A DNA stretch of 55,731 nucleotides from Candidatus Caccovivens sp. (GCA_051888935.1 JBJFCL010000019.1:1-55731); one strand, 5' to 3'; shown: positions 9,108-19,755, numbered from the stretch's first letter. The notes: generated by a model from the sequence alone, not told the origin. Numbers and translations are program-made.

Positions 9108-9443
9108 ATGAATAAATTGTTGAAGCTTACAGAACGCAATAAATATGAAATACAAGATTTGCTTCCAGATGAGGCGTGTACAAACAAATTGGCACTTTAT
9201 TTTCAAAACTTTTCCGACCAAACACGAATAAAAATTTTGTCGGCACTTTCAATTCGTGATTTATGTGTCAATGATCTTTCCAAACTTTTAGGAATAAATC
9301 AAACGACTATTTCACATCAATTAAAGACTTTGAAAGATCAAAATATTGTGGAATATAGGCGTGACGGCAAGATTTTGATTTATCGCATAAAGTCTCCGAG
9401 TATCAATGAGATGATGCTTTATGCCGTGAAGGTAATAAGTTAG
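9108..9443 (+). CDS. ArsR/SmtB family transcriptional regulator
   Basis: QTRIKILSAL....LCVNDLSKLLGINQTTISHQLKTLKDQNIV is the winged-HTH signature. Confidence 0.9.
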   Translation: MNKLLKLTERNKYEIQDLLPDEACTNKLALYFQNFSDQTRIKILSALSIRDLCVNDLSKLLGINQTTISHQLKTLKDQNIVEYRRDGKILIYRIKSPSINEMMLYAVKVIS

Positions 9444-9447
9444 CGGA

Positions 9448-9991
9448 GCAACCTGCGTTTTTGCTCATTTTTGCCACAGTGTGTCAAAAAGTATCGCGTT
9501 GATGCTTGGTTGCTCCGCGTATTCGCGCCAAACGAAAATCGCACTCCGCAAAAAGAATTTGCTATGTTGGCGATTTTGCGCGACTTAAAGAGGTGACATC
9601 GAAATGTTCCATTAGGCAGGGGTTGTGGAAACAAACGATATTGGACTTATGATGGGTGTGGGGTGGCTACGCAACCTGCGCTGTTGCTCATTTTTGCCAC
9701 AGTGTGTCAAAAAGTATCGCGTTGATGCTTGGTTGCTCCGCGTATTCGCGCCAAACGAAAATCGCACTTCGCAAAAAGAATTTGCTATGTTGGCGATTTT
9801 GCGCGACTTAAAGAGGTGGCATCGAAATGTTCCATTAGGCAGTGGTTGTGGGAACAAACGATATTGGACTTATGATGGGCGTGGGGTGGCTACGCAACCT
9901 GCGCTTTTGCTCATTTTTGCCACAGTGTGTCAAAAAGTATCGCGTTGATGTTTGGTTACTCCGCGTATTCGCGCCAAACGAAAATCGCACT
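9448..9991. repeat. tandem repeat, 223-bp unit x about 2.4 copies (units start at 9448, 9671 and 9894; the third is truncated after ~98 nt)
   Basis: Direct reading shows near-identical units with only a handful of substitutions. The array is visibly more G+C-rich than its flanks, starts 4 nt after the arsR-family stop, and ends 45 nt before the next ATG. Confidence 0.9.
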
Positions 9992-10036
9992 TTTTTAACT
10001 TGGGTGAAATTTATTTTTTTTGCACACAATAATCTT

Positions 10037-10246
10037 ATGTATTTTAATTATCATGCAAAAGTAAGAAAAATGATTGAAAATGGTAAGGCGACATATTATG
10101 AAATATTGAAAGAATATCATGGAATTTCGCCATGTATGATTATTTATTTTAGAGATTCCAAGCCGATGCCAATTCGACAGCATAAATTTGATGAATATCG
10201 ATTTTTACTTGCAAAATTTAATATAAAAGAAAAAACAGAGTTTTAA
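10037..10246 (+). CDS. small hypothetical protein (69 aa)
   Basis: MYFNYHAKVRKMIENGKATYYEILKEYHGISPCMIIYFRDSKPMPIRQHKFDEYRFLL... The upstream part of track ORF 9842-10246 is repeat DNA. No clear RBS. Confidence 0.5.
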   Translation: MYFNYHAKVRKMIENGKATYYEILKEYHGISPCMIIYFRDSKPMPIRQHKFDEYRFLLAKFNIKEKTEF

Positions 10247-10257
10247 TCTGTCTTTTT

Positions 10258-11298
10258 TTATTTTATATGTTCTTGTAAATCCTTAGATTTAAAATCTCTC
10301 TCAATTTTACAGACCATTTTATATAAACCAACCATATCAACTGGTTTAATTCTTTTGTCTTCGGTTTTCATTCCTCTATCTACACCATTTGCAATTGAAT
10401 AAAAGAACATTTGTGAAAAACAATCAAGGTTTTTGTCATTGGCATAACTTATGTCCCATTTATTGTCTCTACTAAGCAATTGGAATAGATGTTCATTTTC
10501 GTTTGTTGTATGTTCATTCAATAATTTTGTGGAAAAAATTTTCACTCTTTCAAAATCACATTTGCTTTTTGTTGCACCGTCCAGACTTTCTCCAAAAAGT
10601 ATACCTCTTTTTTCAAAATCAACCAAAATTCCATCTGGCTTTATTTTTAAATCTTTCATATAACTGTCAAACAAATCTCTGACCAAGCCTTCGTTTCTTT
10701 GCTTCAAATCAGAGATGGAATATGCTTGAACCGTTGGGCATTCAACCCGTATAATTTCTGGGGAATAACAAACAGAAAACAAGTGAGTTGCAACTTTGTA
10801 AGTATCGTCGTGTGTAAGACCTTTTTCTTCTAGTTGAAATCTCAATTCTTTAATAACTTTGCATATTTCTGTTTGACCATGACAAAAACCAACAAAGGTA
10901 ACTTTTGACATTTTCTTGCATATTTCGTCCAATGTTAAGATATTTTTGTTTTCATCAAGACATCTTGACAACAAATAATTCTTTACAAAAGTTTTTACCT
11001 CGTTTTTTGACATTTCACCAGTGTTTTGGCTAGTATAGTCAAATCCATAGTAAATTCCATAAATTGAAATGCGTTTGTAAAGTTCTTCTTTATCCGAAAA
11101 ACCAAGCAACAAACCATTCTCAACAATTTTGCATCCGCCATTTGCGTCCTTTGAAGTGATTCCTCCATTTCCCGGAAAATAAAAAACGGAAATTTCTCTG
11201 TCTCCATCAAAATTATCTTCAAGATCTCTGTTTTCACAATTAAAATATTGAGTATAGTCTCTTTTTATAATTCTTGTGCATTGCAACCTATCTTCCAT
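10258..11298 (-). CDS. hypothetical protein, possible alpha/beta-hydrolase-like fold with Cys nucleophile
   Basis: 346 aa with a GAGGGAAAA RBS. VFYFPGNGG and FVGFCHGQ (GxCxG elbow-like) are suggestive only. Confidence 0.65.
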   Translation of the reverse strand: MEDRLQCTRIIKRDYTQYFNCENRDLEDNFDGDREISVFYFPGNGGITSKDANGGCKIVENGLLLGFSDKEELYKRISIYGIYYGFDYTSQNTGEMSKNEVKTFVKNYLLSRCLDENKNILTLDEICKKMSKVTFVGFCHGQTEICKVIKELRFQLEEKGLTHDDTYKVATHLFSVCYSPEIIRVECPTVQAYSISDLKQRNEGLVRDLFDSYMKDLKIKPDGILVDFEKRGILFGESLDGATKSKCDFERVKIFSTKLLNEHTTNENEHLFQLLSRDNKWDISYANDKNLDCFSQMFFYSIANGVDRGMKTEDKRIKPVDMVGLYKMVCKIERDFKSKDLQEHIK

Positions 11299-11440
11299 TT
11301 TTCCCTCGATAAAAAAAGTATATCACTTTTTTATCACAAAAATCAATATACTTTTCTCGTTTTTTCAAAATCTTTCGCTCAAAGGCATATAAAAATAAAA
11401 CAAATAAAACTACCTTTTTGAAACTAATATAAAACACTTT

Positions 11441-12829
11441 TTAGTCTAAGTTTTTGTTTGTTTTTAGTTTGAGTTTACTTCCTTTATCAGTGTTTTTACA
11501 ATTTAATTTCATAACTTTTTGAGATTTTAGTTTTGAGGTTTCAGCAGGTAACTCAATTTGAGTTATAACTTTGTTGCGTTTGATTTGTTTCCATTTTGGC
11601 TTTGTAAGTGCTCCCCAAGTTATACCAAGTGCATAAATAATCATAAATCCTGGGAATAAAAGCATTGATGGAATAAGTTTTTTAATTGGAGTGTTAATTT
11701 TCTTTTTGTCTAGGAAATAAACCAAAAATGCTTGTGCAATAAACGGAATTAAGAATGCAAAAACTAAAATTATTCCGATAAATTTTGCCAAATCAATAAC
11801 ATATGCGAAGTTTCCGACACAACAGTTGTAAATGATGTCATAACAATAATATGCTGGCATCCAAATCACCAAAACCACTGCAATTGGAATAAATAAGAAG
11901 TTGAAGAACATGTCAAGATATTTGTATTTGAAGGTTGTAAAGAACTTCCAAAGGGATTTTAGACCATGTGTAAAAAACATCTTAAAAAGTCCATGTCCCA
12001 TACGCACATTTCGGTTGAATGTGTCTTTGATGGTGGTTGGTTCATCTTCATAAACAACTGCATCTGAGACATAAGTTGCATTGTTTCCGGCAAATAGTTC
12101 GTCCATTGAAAATTCTGCATCTTCGCTTACTCCAAGGGCTGTCCACTCGTAGTTTTTGCGTTTCATAATTTCGTCAGAGATCATCATTCCTGAGCCAACT
12201 AAGATTTGAGTGCAACCAATTCGGGAGCGAACTTGGCAGTTAAAACGACAATCTCGAATATACCATAGACCTGAAATTCCAGAGATGACATTTTGCGTAA
12301 GGTTTTTTGCACTGTTGTAACCTTTTGCCAGTTTTGCACCACTTGAAAGGGCGTCGTTCATGCATGAAACATAATTCTCATCAACATAATTGTCTGCATC
12401 AAAGCGGATAAAAGCGTCATAGTGCAAATCGTTTTGTTTGATATAATCAAAGAAATATTTGACAGGATAGGCAGCACGATGATGATTTGGGTCATTGTCT
12501 GTGTATTCCAAAACGGTAACTTGCTCTTTTCCAATTTTTCTACATACATCTGCCGTGTTGTCAGTGCTGTTGTTGACAATCACAAAAATATCAATAAGTT
12601 CTTTTGGATAATTTTGTTTTTGCAGACTGACAAGCACATCAACAATGGCATCTTCTTCATTGCGTGCAGGGATAAAAACAGCAAATTTGTGTTTTATTTC
12701 TGATTTTTTGAATTTTTTTGGTTTAACAAAAAACAAAAGTGTGTAAATAAATTGCTGAATAAATGCCACACTCGCAATTCCGAGCAAAACATAGTTTATC
12801 CAATAGAGGATAGAGTTAAAAATTTCCAT
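11441..12829 (-). CDS. membrane-bound family 2 glycosyltransferase (processive synthase-like)
   Basis: N-terminal TM segment, FAVFIPARNEEDAI, FDADNYVD (DxD-like), several C-terminal TM helices, and a Lys-rich tail. Confidence 0.85.
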   Translation of the reverse strand: MEIFNSILYWINYVLLGIASVAFIQQFIYTLLFFVKPKKFKKSEIKHKFAVFIPARNEEDAIVDVLVSLQKQNYPKELIDIFVIVNNSTDNTADVCRKIGKEQVTVLEYTDNDPNHHRAAYPVKYFFDYIKQNDLHYDAFIRFDADNYVDENYVSCMNDALSSGAKLAKGYNSAKNLTQNVISGISGLWYIRDCRFNCQVRSRIGCTQILVGSGMMISDEIMKRKNYEWTALGVSEDAEFSMDELFAGNNATYVSDAVVYEDEPTTIKDTFNRNVRMGHGLFKMFFTHGLKSLWKFFTTFKYKYLDMFFNFLFIPIAVVLVIWMPAYYCYDIIYNCCVGNFAYVIDLAKFIGIILVFAFLIPFIAQAFLVYFLDKKKINTPIKKLIPSMLLFPGFMIIYALGITWGALTKPKWKQIKRNKVITQIELPAETSKLKSQKVMKLNCKNTDKGSKLKLKTNKNLD

Positions 12830-12980
12830 AAAAATTGTTCCTATGCTTTATAGTAACATATTTATAAAAAAAATACTAGTATTTTCTTGACTTTTGTGTG
12901 TTAAAACCAATAATTCTTTTATAATTTGAGAATTTTGACCTTAATTTGACATTATTATTCACAATGCAACAAGGGTTTGC

Positions 12981-13009
12981 TTGACAAGAACTAGTTTTCA
13001 AAGTAAAAT
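12981..13009 (+). promoter_or_regulatory. consensus sigma-A promoter of queH
   Basis: TTGACA (12981-12986), a 17-nt spacer, then TAAAAT (13004-13009). The ATG follows 7 nt later with no SD. Confidence 0.5.
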
Positions 13010-13016
13010 AGCGTCT

Positions 13017-13562
13017 ATGGAAAAACTTTTGTTGCATTCTTGTTGCGGACCTTGTTCTACGGTGGTTATTGAGCGACTTAAAGAGCGCTTTGATGTGACC
13101 GTCTTTTATTTTAATCCAAATATTGAACCTTTTGAAGAATATGAAAGACGAAAAACTGAACAGAAAAAAGTTTGTGCATTCTTTGGTGTGAATTTTATTG
13201 ATTTTGATTATGATAATGCGGGCTGGACAAAATTTGTTGAAGGACTTGAAAACGAAAGAGAAGGTGGTGCGAGATGCACAAAGTGTTTCTTCTATCGCCT
13301 TGAAATGACAGCGAAATATGCAAAAGAGCATGGGTTTGACCTTTTTGCAACAACTCTCTCAGTGAGTCCTCACAAAAACACAAATGTTATCAATGAAGTC
13401 GGGGAAGCAATTTCAAAAAAATTGGAAATTCCATTTTTACCAGAAAGTTTTAAGAAAAAAGATGGATATTTGAGAAGCATAAATCTTTCAAAAGAACTGA
13501 ATCTTTATAGACAAGATTATTGCGGTTGCCATTTTGCAAGGAGGAATAGTGAGCAAGTTTGA
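13017..13562 (+). CDS. queH: epoxyqueuosine reductase QueH (DUF208)
   Basis: LLLHSCCGPCS N-terminal motif and C-terminal RQDYCGC. The track start TTG 12981 coincides with the -35 box, so ATG 13017 is preferred. Confidence 0.88.
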   Translation: MEKLLLHSCCGPCSTVVIERLKERFDVTVFYFNPNIEPFEEYERRKTEQKKVCAFFGVNFIDFDYDNAGWTKFVEGLENEREGGARCTKCFFYRLEMTAKYAKEHGFDLFATTLSVSPHKNTNVINEVGEAISKKLEIPFLPESFKKKDGYLRSINLSKELNLYRQDYCGCHFARRNSEQV

Positions 13563-14424
13563 CGGAGATTTTATTCAATACAGCGAACAGAAAGTCAAAA
13601 ATGAAACAAAAAATTTGGCTGTCTATTTCATTTTGCATATATCTCTCTATATTGTGCTTTTGTTTTTTGCTATTTTCTTTGTTTGGTACACAGTTTTTGT
13701 CAGTACGCACAGTTTCTATGCTGTTCAAGGTGCATCGATGAAATACACTCTTAATAGTCAAATTTTGGACGGAGACACAGAATCGTCTTATGATGCTGTT
13801 TATGTTAACAGACTTGATTCATTACGCGATTATGATATCGTTGTTTTAAATAGAGAAGGTTCAAGTCCAATTATCAAGCGTTTGATGGCAACAGAAGGAG
13901 ATTATATCACTATTGCCAAAGTGCCTGATGGAACTTATCGTTTCTTCCGCATCAAAAATCCAACCACGGAAGAACTTGCCAACATTTCTGACGATGAGGC
14001 GATGCTTGACGAAGAGTCAGGAGAACTGGGTTATCGCATAAGAGGTTACAGCAACTGGAAAGCAACATGCTTTGAAACAGAAGACATCGCTGTTGACGTT
14101 GGTGGTCAAACGCTTGTAAATCGATATGAAGACTATTTTTATGGCACATTTTTGTCTTATTATGGTCAAGAGGGCGCTCCATATAACTATTATGTTTCGG
14201 CAAATGGTCTGATTTATGTTCAAGTTCCACAAGGCAAGGTCTTTTGTATGGGCGACAACAGAGGCTTTTCCACCGACAGCAGAGCCAAAGTTAATGGTTT
14301 CTTTGATAGAACGCAAATTGCTGGAAGAACGGAGTTTATTGTTTATAACTTTAATTTTGGAAATCGCATCTTGGAAGTTGTTAAGTTTTATTTTTCCGAA
14401 GTTGAGAAATTTTTTGCAAGATAG
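13549..14424 (+). CDS. lepB: signal peptidase I
   Basis: N-terminal TM anchor, VQGASMKYTL (catalytic Ser box), IIKRLMATEGD (Lys box) and GDNRGFSTDSR. GTG 13549 lies 5 nt after AAGGAGG. Confidence 0.9.
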   Translation: MSKFDGDFIQYSEQKVKNETKNLAVYFILHISLYIVLLFFAIFFVWYTVFVSTHSFYAVQGASMKYTLNSQILDGDTESSYDAVYVNRLDSLRDYDIVVLNREGSSPIIKRLMATEGDYITIAKVPDGTYRFFRIKNPTTEELANISDDEAMLDEESGELGYRIRGYSNWKATCFETEDIAVDVGGQTLVNRYEDYFYGTFLSYYGQEGAPYNYYVSANGLIYVQVPQGKVFCMGDNRGFSTDSRAKVNGFFDRTQIAGRTEFIVYNFNFGNRILEVVKFYFSEVEKFFAR

Positions 14425-14508
14425 TGAAATTATTTGCTAAATCCGTTTATTTATGGTAGAATAACAATAGCATTGAATTGCGAAAAATTATCAAAAGGAG
14501 ATAGAATA

Positions 14509-14784
14509 ATGAATAAAGGTGAATTCGTTAAAGCAGTTGCTGAGAAGGCAAATTGCACACAAAAGGACGCAGGAATTGTGTTTGATGCAGTTATTGACAC
14601 AATTGTAAACGTTCTTAAAGGTGGAGATAAGATTCAAATCCCAGGTTTTGGTTCATTTGAACTTGTTTCAAAGCCAGCAACTACAAAAATCAATCCACTT
14701 ACAAAGAAAACTGTTAAAGTTGCCGCTTGCAAACAACCAAAATTTAAATTTGGAAAGAGCTTCAAAGCAATCTTCAACGCATAA
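14509..14784 (+). CDS. hup: HU family DNA-binding protein
   Basis: MNKGEFVKAVAEKANCTQKDAGIVFDAVIDTI...IQIPGFGSF. AAAGGAG RBS. Confidence 0.93.
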   Translation: MNKGEFVKAVAEKANCTQKDAGIVFDAVIDTIVNVLKGGDKIQIPGFGSFELVSKPATTKINPLTKKTVKVAACKQPKFKFGKSFKAIFNA

Positions 14785-14816
14785 CAAAAAAATCGACCAA
14801 TTTGGTCGATTTTTTA
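14785..14816. terminator. bidirectional terminator between hup and rubrerythrin
   Basis: ATCGACC (14792-14798) pairs with GGTCGAT (14804-14810). Flanked by an A-run and a T-run. Confidence 0.7.
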
Positions 14817-15410
14817 TTCTTTCATTTCTTTTTCAAAGTCGATAATAACATATCCTTGTGGCAGATGGCAAAGAGGGCAAGTTTTGAATGCCTCTTTTGA
14901 TATTTCTATGTGTCCACAAGAAGAACATTTCCATTCTGTGCGATTTTCTCGTTTATACATTTTTCCACCTTTGTAAAGTGTGGCAAGATAAGCCAAAATC
15001 TTTGAGTGAGTGTCCTCAACGGAGGCAATCATATCAAAAGATTTTGCAATATCCAAAAATCCTTCATCTTTTGCAATTCGGGCAAAACTTGGATATATGT
15101 TTTTTGCTTCTGACTCCTCTGTTTTACTTTCTTCCATCAAACTGGTTTTGAGTTCTGGAACTTCATATGGGAATCCTGCTTCAATGGCAATGTTTCGTAC
15201 ACTACCGTTGGAATACTGCAAGATATAGTCATAAAAAACTTTGGCATGAGCCATTTCGTTTTTCGCCAATGTTTTCATCGTGTCTGAGATGAATTGTTGT
15301 TGGTCTTGAAGTGCCATTTTTGACATAAATTGATATCTTGCACCTGCCTGACACTCAGCAGCAAAAGAGCGTGCTAAATTCGTTTTTGTTACACTTTCAT
15401 TAAAATCCAT
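14814..15410 (-). CDS. rubrerythrin
   Basis: Ferritin-like N-domain (ECQAGARYQF, EMAHAKVF) plus a C-terminal rubredoxin-like CSSCGH...CPLC. ATG 15410 follows GGAGAA. Confidence 0.92.
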   Translation of the reverse strand: MDFNESVTKTNLARSFAAECQAGARYQFMSKMALQDQQQFISDTMKTLAKNEMAHAKVFYDYILQYSNGSVRNIAIEAGFPYEVPELKTSLMEESKTEESEAKNIYPSFARIAKDEGFLDIAKSFDMIASVEDTHSKILAYLATLYKGGKMYKRENRTEWKCSSCGHIEISKEAFKTCPLCHLPQGYVIIDFEKEMKE

Positions 15411-15510
15411 ATTTTTCTCCTTCCTTAGCATTTAATATTGCCCAAATTTGTGTGTTTAAACATTTGCTTTTTTTTTCTTTTTTGTTTAGAATATATCAAA
15501 AGGAGATGCG

Positions 15511-16293
15511 ATGTTTCTTGGTGATAATGGAAAACCTAATAAGTTTCCGTCTGTGAGATATAACTATGACATCATCATTGATGATGAGAAGTTTACACTG
15601 CAAAAACTTAGCAGGAATTTGGGTTTTTACACGATTTTGTTTGAAGAAAAGATCAAAGATGTGGAAACTGTGTATGACACAGAACGCTATCTTTTAACTG
15701 GTGCTGGGCTCTTAATTCGAAAAAAGAACACTCCCACTGGCTCTTATTTTTCTTTGGTGCGTATAAGCGGAATAAACAACAGTGAAAATCGTGAAAAAAA
15801 GTCTTTTTTGGGAGAGTGTGAACCGCAAGACCAACCAAGTGATTTTCCAGTGCAGATTGCTGACGCAATAAACAAAGTATTCAACAATTTGTTTACAATA
15901 AATGTGGTCGACATTGTCAAGCACTGCACACCTTATATTCGCACAGAAATCACAGGCAATCGCTATAAGATTGTCAGCGGAACGGGTTATGAAGTTGAGA
16001 TGACCTTTGAAAATTTGAAGGTCAGAGATATGCGTTCTGGTAGAAAAGCAAAAGTGAGAAACTTTTCCATTGAGATGGAACTTAATCCAGAATACGAGAA
16101 AGAACGAACTCGTATTTTGGAAGTTATTGACCGCTGGTGCAAAGAACTTGTACCACAAAACCGAAACCGATTTGAAATTTCACAAGTGGCGGTTCGCCCA
16201 CCTGTGCAAAATAATGCAAACGCTGAGGTCAAGGTCGACAAAAAAGACAAGAAAGGTAAAAAAAATAAAAAAGAGGGGAATCAAGAAGAATAA
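15511..16293 (+). CDS. hypothetical protein (possible CYTH-like domain, Lys-rich tail)
   Basis: Alternating beta-strand pattern with YDTERYLL..LLIRKK, VEMTFENL and FSIEMEL. The canonical N-terminal ExExK was not seen. Confidence 0.55.
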   Translation: MFLGDNGKPNKFPSVRYNYDIIIDDEKFTLQKLSRNLGFYTILFEEKIKDVETVYDTERYLLTGAGLLIRKKNTPTGSYFSLVRISGINNSENREKKSFLGECEPQDQPSDFPVQIADAINKVFNNLFTINVVDIVKHCTPYIRTEITGNRYKIVSGTGYEVEMTFENLKVRDMRSGRKAKVRNFSIEMELNPEYEKERTRILEVIDRWCKELVPQNRNRFEISQVAVRPPVQNNANAEVKVDKKDKKGKKNKKEGNQEE

Positions 16294-16348
16294 CCTCTTT
16301 TTTTTGTTTTTAAGTTTTTTTGTGGACAAATTCTTCATATGTTATTAG

Positions 16349-17803
16349 GTGAAGAAAAAGAAATTGGGATTTTTTACGAAACTTTGTTATGGCACAGGCA
16401 ACCTTGGCTATGGTGCAATGGGACAAACTGTGTCCAGTTTTATCATGTTTTTTGCCACAAGTGTTTTGGGGCTTTCAGGTTTGGTGGTGGGCATTACCAT
16501 TGCCATAACTTCTTTGTGGGACGGACTTTCTGACCCAATCATCGGATATTTGTCCGACCGCACAAAGAGTAAACTATTTGGTCGCAGACTTGGGCATATG
16601 CTTTTTGCGACTTTTGCTCTTGCCATAAACAATGTTTTGTTGTGGCTATGTCCAATATCAAACAATCATGCGGTCATGGTGTTGTGGATTTTGGGATTTT
16701 TGCTTTTGCAAGAGACTTTCAACACTTTTTTCGCCACACCATATTCTGCTCTTTGCATTGATATCGCACCTGATTATAACGACCAAACCAAAACGCAAGG
16801 ATTTAAAACAGTCTTTTACATTTTGGGACTTGTCTTGCCTAGTGTTTTGATGTATATTTTTATGCCAGAGGGTTCGGGAGCACAATTTAACAGGCAAGGA
16901 TATATCAATATGGCAATCATCAACTCCACTCTTGTGCTGATTTGTGGAATAATTACAATTTTTGGCACAATAAAGCGAGTTCGAAGTATGCCAAACTATC
17001 ACGAAGTTATGCTGGAAAATGGAGAAGGACAACAAAAGAAAAAACACAATTTAAAAACCATTATGGCAGGATATGTAGAAACTTTTAAAAAGAAAGATTT
17101 TCGCACAGTTATGTTGGGTTATTCAGTTTCACTCATTGCCATGGTGTTTATATCTTCTGTTGGTATGCATTTGTTTACATTTTGCTATCATTTTTCCAGC
17201 ACTCAAATTTCTGTGCTTATGTTTTGCCTCTTTGGAGGGGCAATCTTGTCACAACTTTTGTGGGTGAATGTTGTCAAAAAATATGACAAAAGACAGACTC
17301 TTATCTTTGCACTTTCTGTCATCTTGTTTGGCATCGCCATGACTAGCATAACTTTTTTGTTTCGACTTTATTGTACCAGTGATTTTATTTTTTGGTTTGT
17401 TATGCCATGTCTTTTTATATGTGGAGTTGGTTCGGGAGCACTTTACAGTCTTCCACATTCCATGTATGCCGATGTTGTCACCATGGAAGCATTCAAAACA
17501 GGCGTAAACAATTCAGGGCGTTACACTGGCTATTACACTTTCACCTACAATTTTTCCAATTCAATTGCACTGCTTTTCATTGGAGTTTTATTGGATTTGG
17601 TTAAATTTGACTCTTCTCAACCTGTTCAAGCATTGTCTGTACAGGCTGGATTGGGACAAATCGTTTTCTTTGGCAGTGCCATTGCTCTCACTCTTGCAAT
17701 AATCATTTTTTCAAAATACAATATCAAGCGCTCAGATGTATTAAAGGTACAAATCAAGGAATATGAAAGTAAAAACAAAGTTATAGAAAACAAACATTCA
17801 TAA
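16349..17803 (+). CDS. MFS transporter, glycoside-pentoside-hexuronide:cation symporter family
   Basis: KLCYGTGNLGYG and LWDGLSDPIIGYLSDRTKSKLFGRR are GPH-family signatures. About 12 TM segments. GTG start. Confidence 0.88.
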   Translation: MKKKKLGFFTKLCYGTGNLGYGAMGQTVSSFIMFFATSVLGLSGLVVGITIAITSLWDGLSDPIIGYLSDRTKSKLFGRRLGHMLFATFALAINNVLLWLCPISNNHAVMVLWILGFLLLQETFNTFFATPYSALCIDIAPDYNDQTKTQGFKTVFYILGLVLPSVLMYIFMPEGSGAQFNRQGYINMAIINSTLVLICGIITIFGTIKRVRSMPNYHEVMLENGEGQQKKKHNLKTIMAGYVETFKKKDFRTVMLGYSVSLIAMVFISSVGMHLFTFCYHFSSTQISVLMFCLFGGAILSQLLWVNVVKKYDKRQTLIFALSVILFGIAMTSITFLFRLYCTSDFIFWFVMPCLFICGVGSGALYSLPHSMYADVVTMEAFKTGVNNSGRYTGYYTFTYNFSNSIALLFIGVLLDLVKFDSSQPVQALSVQAGLGQIVFFGSAIALTLAIIIFSKYNIKRSDVLKVQIKEYESKNKVIENKHS

Positions 17804-17877
17804 AATTTTGTATTATTTAAAAAGATTTATTTTTGTATAAATAGAATAAAAAACACAAAAACAAACACACTAAAAAC

Positions 17878-18384
17878 ATGAAAAAAATGAAAATTTTGAT
17901 GATGTTTTTGTGTGTTTTGACGATTTTTATGTCAGCGGGTTGTGGAGACAAGGAACTTCCTTCGGCAAAAATTGTTAGAGATGACCAACGCACAGGCGGA
18001 AGTTTGAGTTTTGTTTATGATAGTCGGGACCGCGTGATTTATATTGGCGGAGAAGACGAAGTTGTGCAGTTTTCAAGTGCAAATGAAGAGAAGGGTTATG
18101 GCGAAGGCTGTCGAATAGGGCTTAAAGTAACCGCTCCGGATGAAGAACTTGACATTGAAAATGCCACTCTTGAAATGCATGGAGTAAATTATTCTTCTGG
18201 CGACTTTTTGGAAGTGATAAACGGACAAAAACAGCGATTCTTCAACATTTATCCGCTTGTTTCAAAAGAAGATAAAGAGATTTATTTTACTGTCAAATGG
18301 CAAGACGGAACAAAAGCACAAGAATATAAAATTGTTGTTGTGGAAGGCACAAAATTTATGCAAAGTGATGGCTCAGTTCAATAA
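17878..18384 (+). CDS. lipoprotein, function unknown
   Basis: Signal peptide ending in the lipobox MSAGC. Confidence 0.7.
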   Translation: MKKMKILMMFLCVLTIFMSAGCGDKELPSAKIVRDDQRTGGSLSFVYDSRDRVIYIGGEDEVVQFSSANEEKGYGEGCRIGLKVTAPDEELDIENATLEMHGVNYSSGDFLEVINGQKQRFFNIYPLVSKEDKEIYFTVKWQDGTKAQEYKIVVVEGTKFMQSDGSVQ

Positions 18385-18393
18385 AATATGTGT

Positions 18394-18426
18394 AAAAAAA
18401 CTGTCATTGTCTATGGCAGTTTTTTG
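18394..18426. terminator. bidirectional terminator between the lipoprotein gene and eno
   Basis: CTGTCAT (18401-18407) pairs with ATGGCAG (18413-18419). Flanked by an A-run and a T-run. Confidence 0.5.
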
Positions 18427-18441
18427 TTTATATAATTTATG

Positions 18442-19755
<1,314 letters not shown>

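Noticed and set aside
9653-9700. GGGGTGGCTACGCAACC followed by a short hairpin and TCATTTTT resembles a T-box (GGGTGGTACCGCG) with terminator. It would imply tandem T-box riboswitches.
   Set aside because: The match to the T-box is imperfect, no specifier-loop, Stem I or F-box features were found, the terminator stem is only 5-6 bp, and the downstream gene is not amino-acid related. It is kept only as a remote possibility under the tandem-repeat finding.
9448-9991. CRISPR array.
   Set aside because: The units are contiguous 223-bp repeats with no unique spacers, and there are no cas genes anywhere in the window.
9440-10029. Three near-identical minus-strand ORFs (9440-9634, 9612-9857, 9835-10029) and the plus-strand ORF 9625-9948 could suggest a family of repeated small proteins.
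   Set aside because: They are by-products of the 223-bp DNA repeat. The period is not a multiple of 3, no RBS precedes any of them, and the sequences (MFPQPLPNGTFRCHLF...) have no protein-like features.
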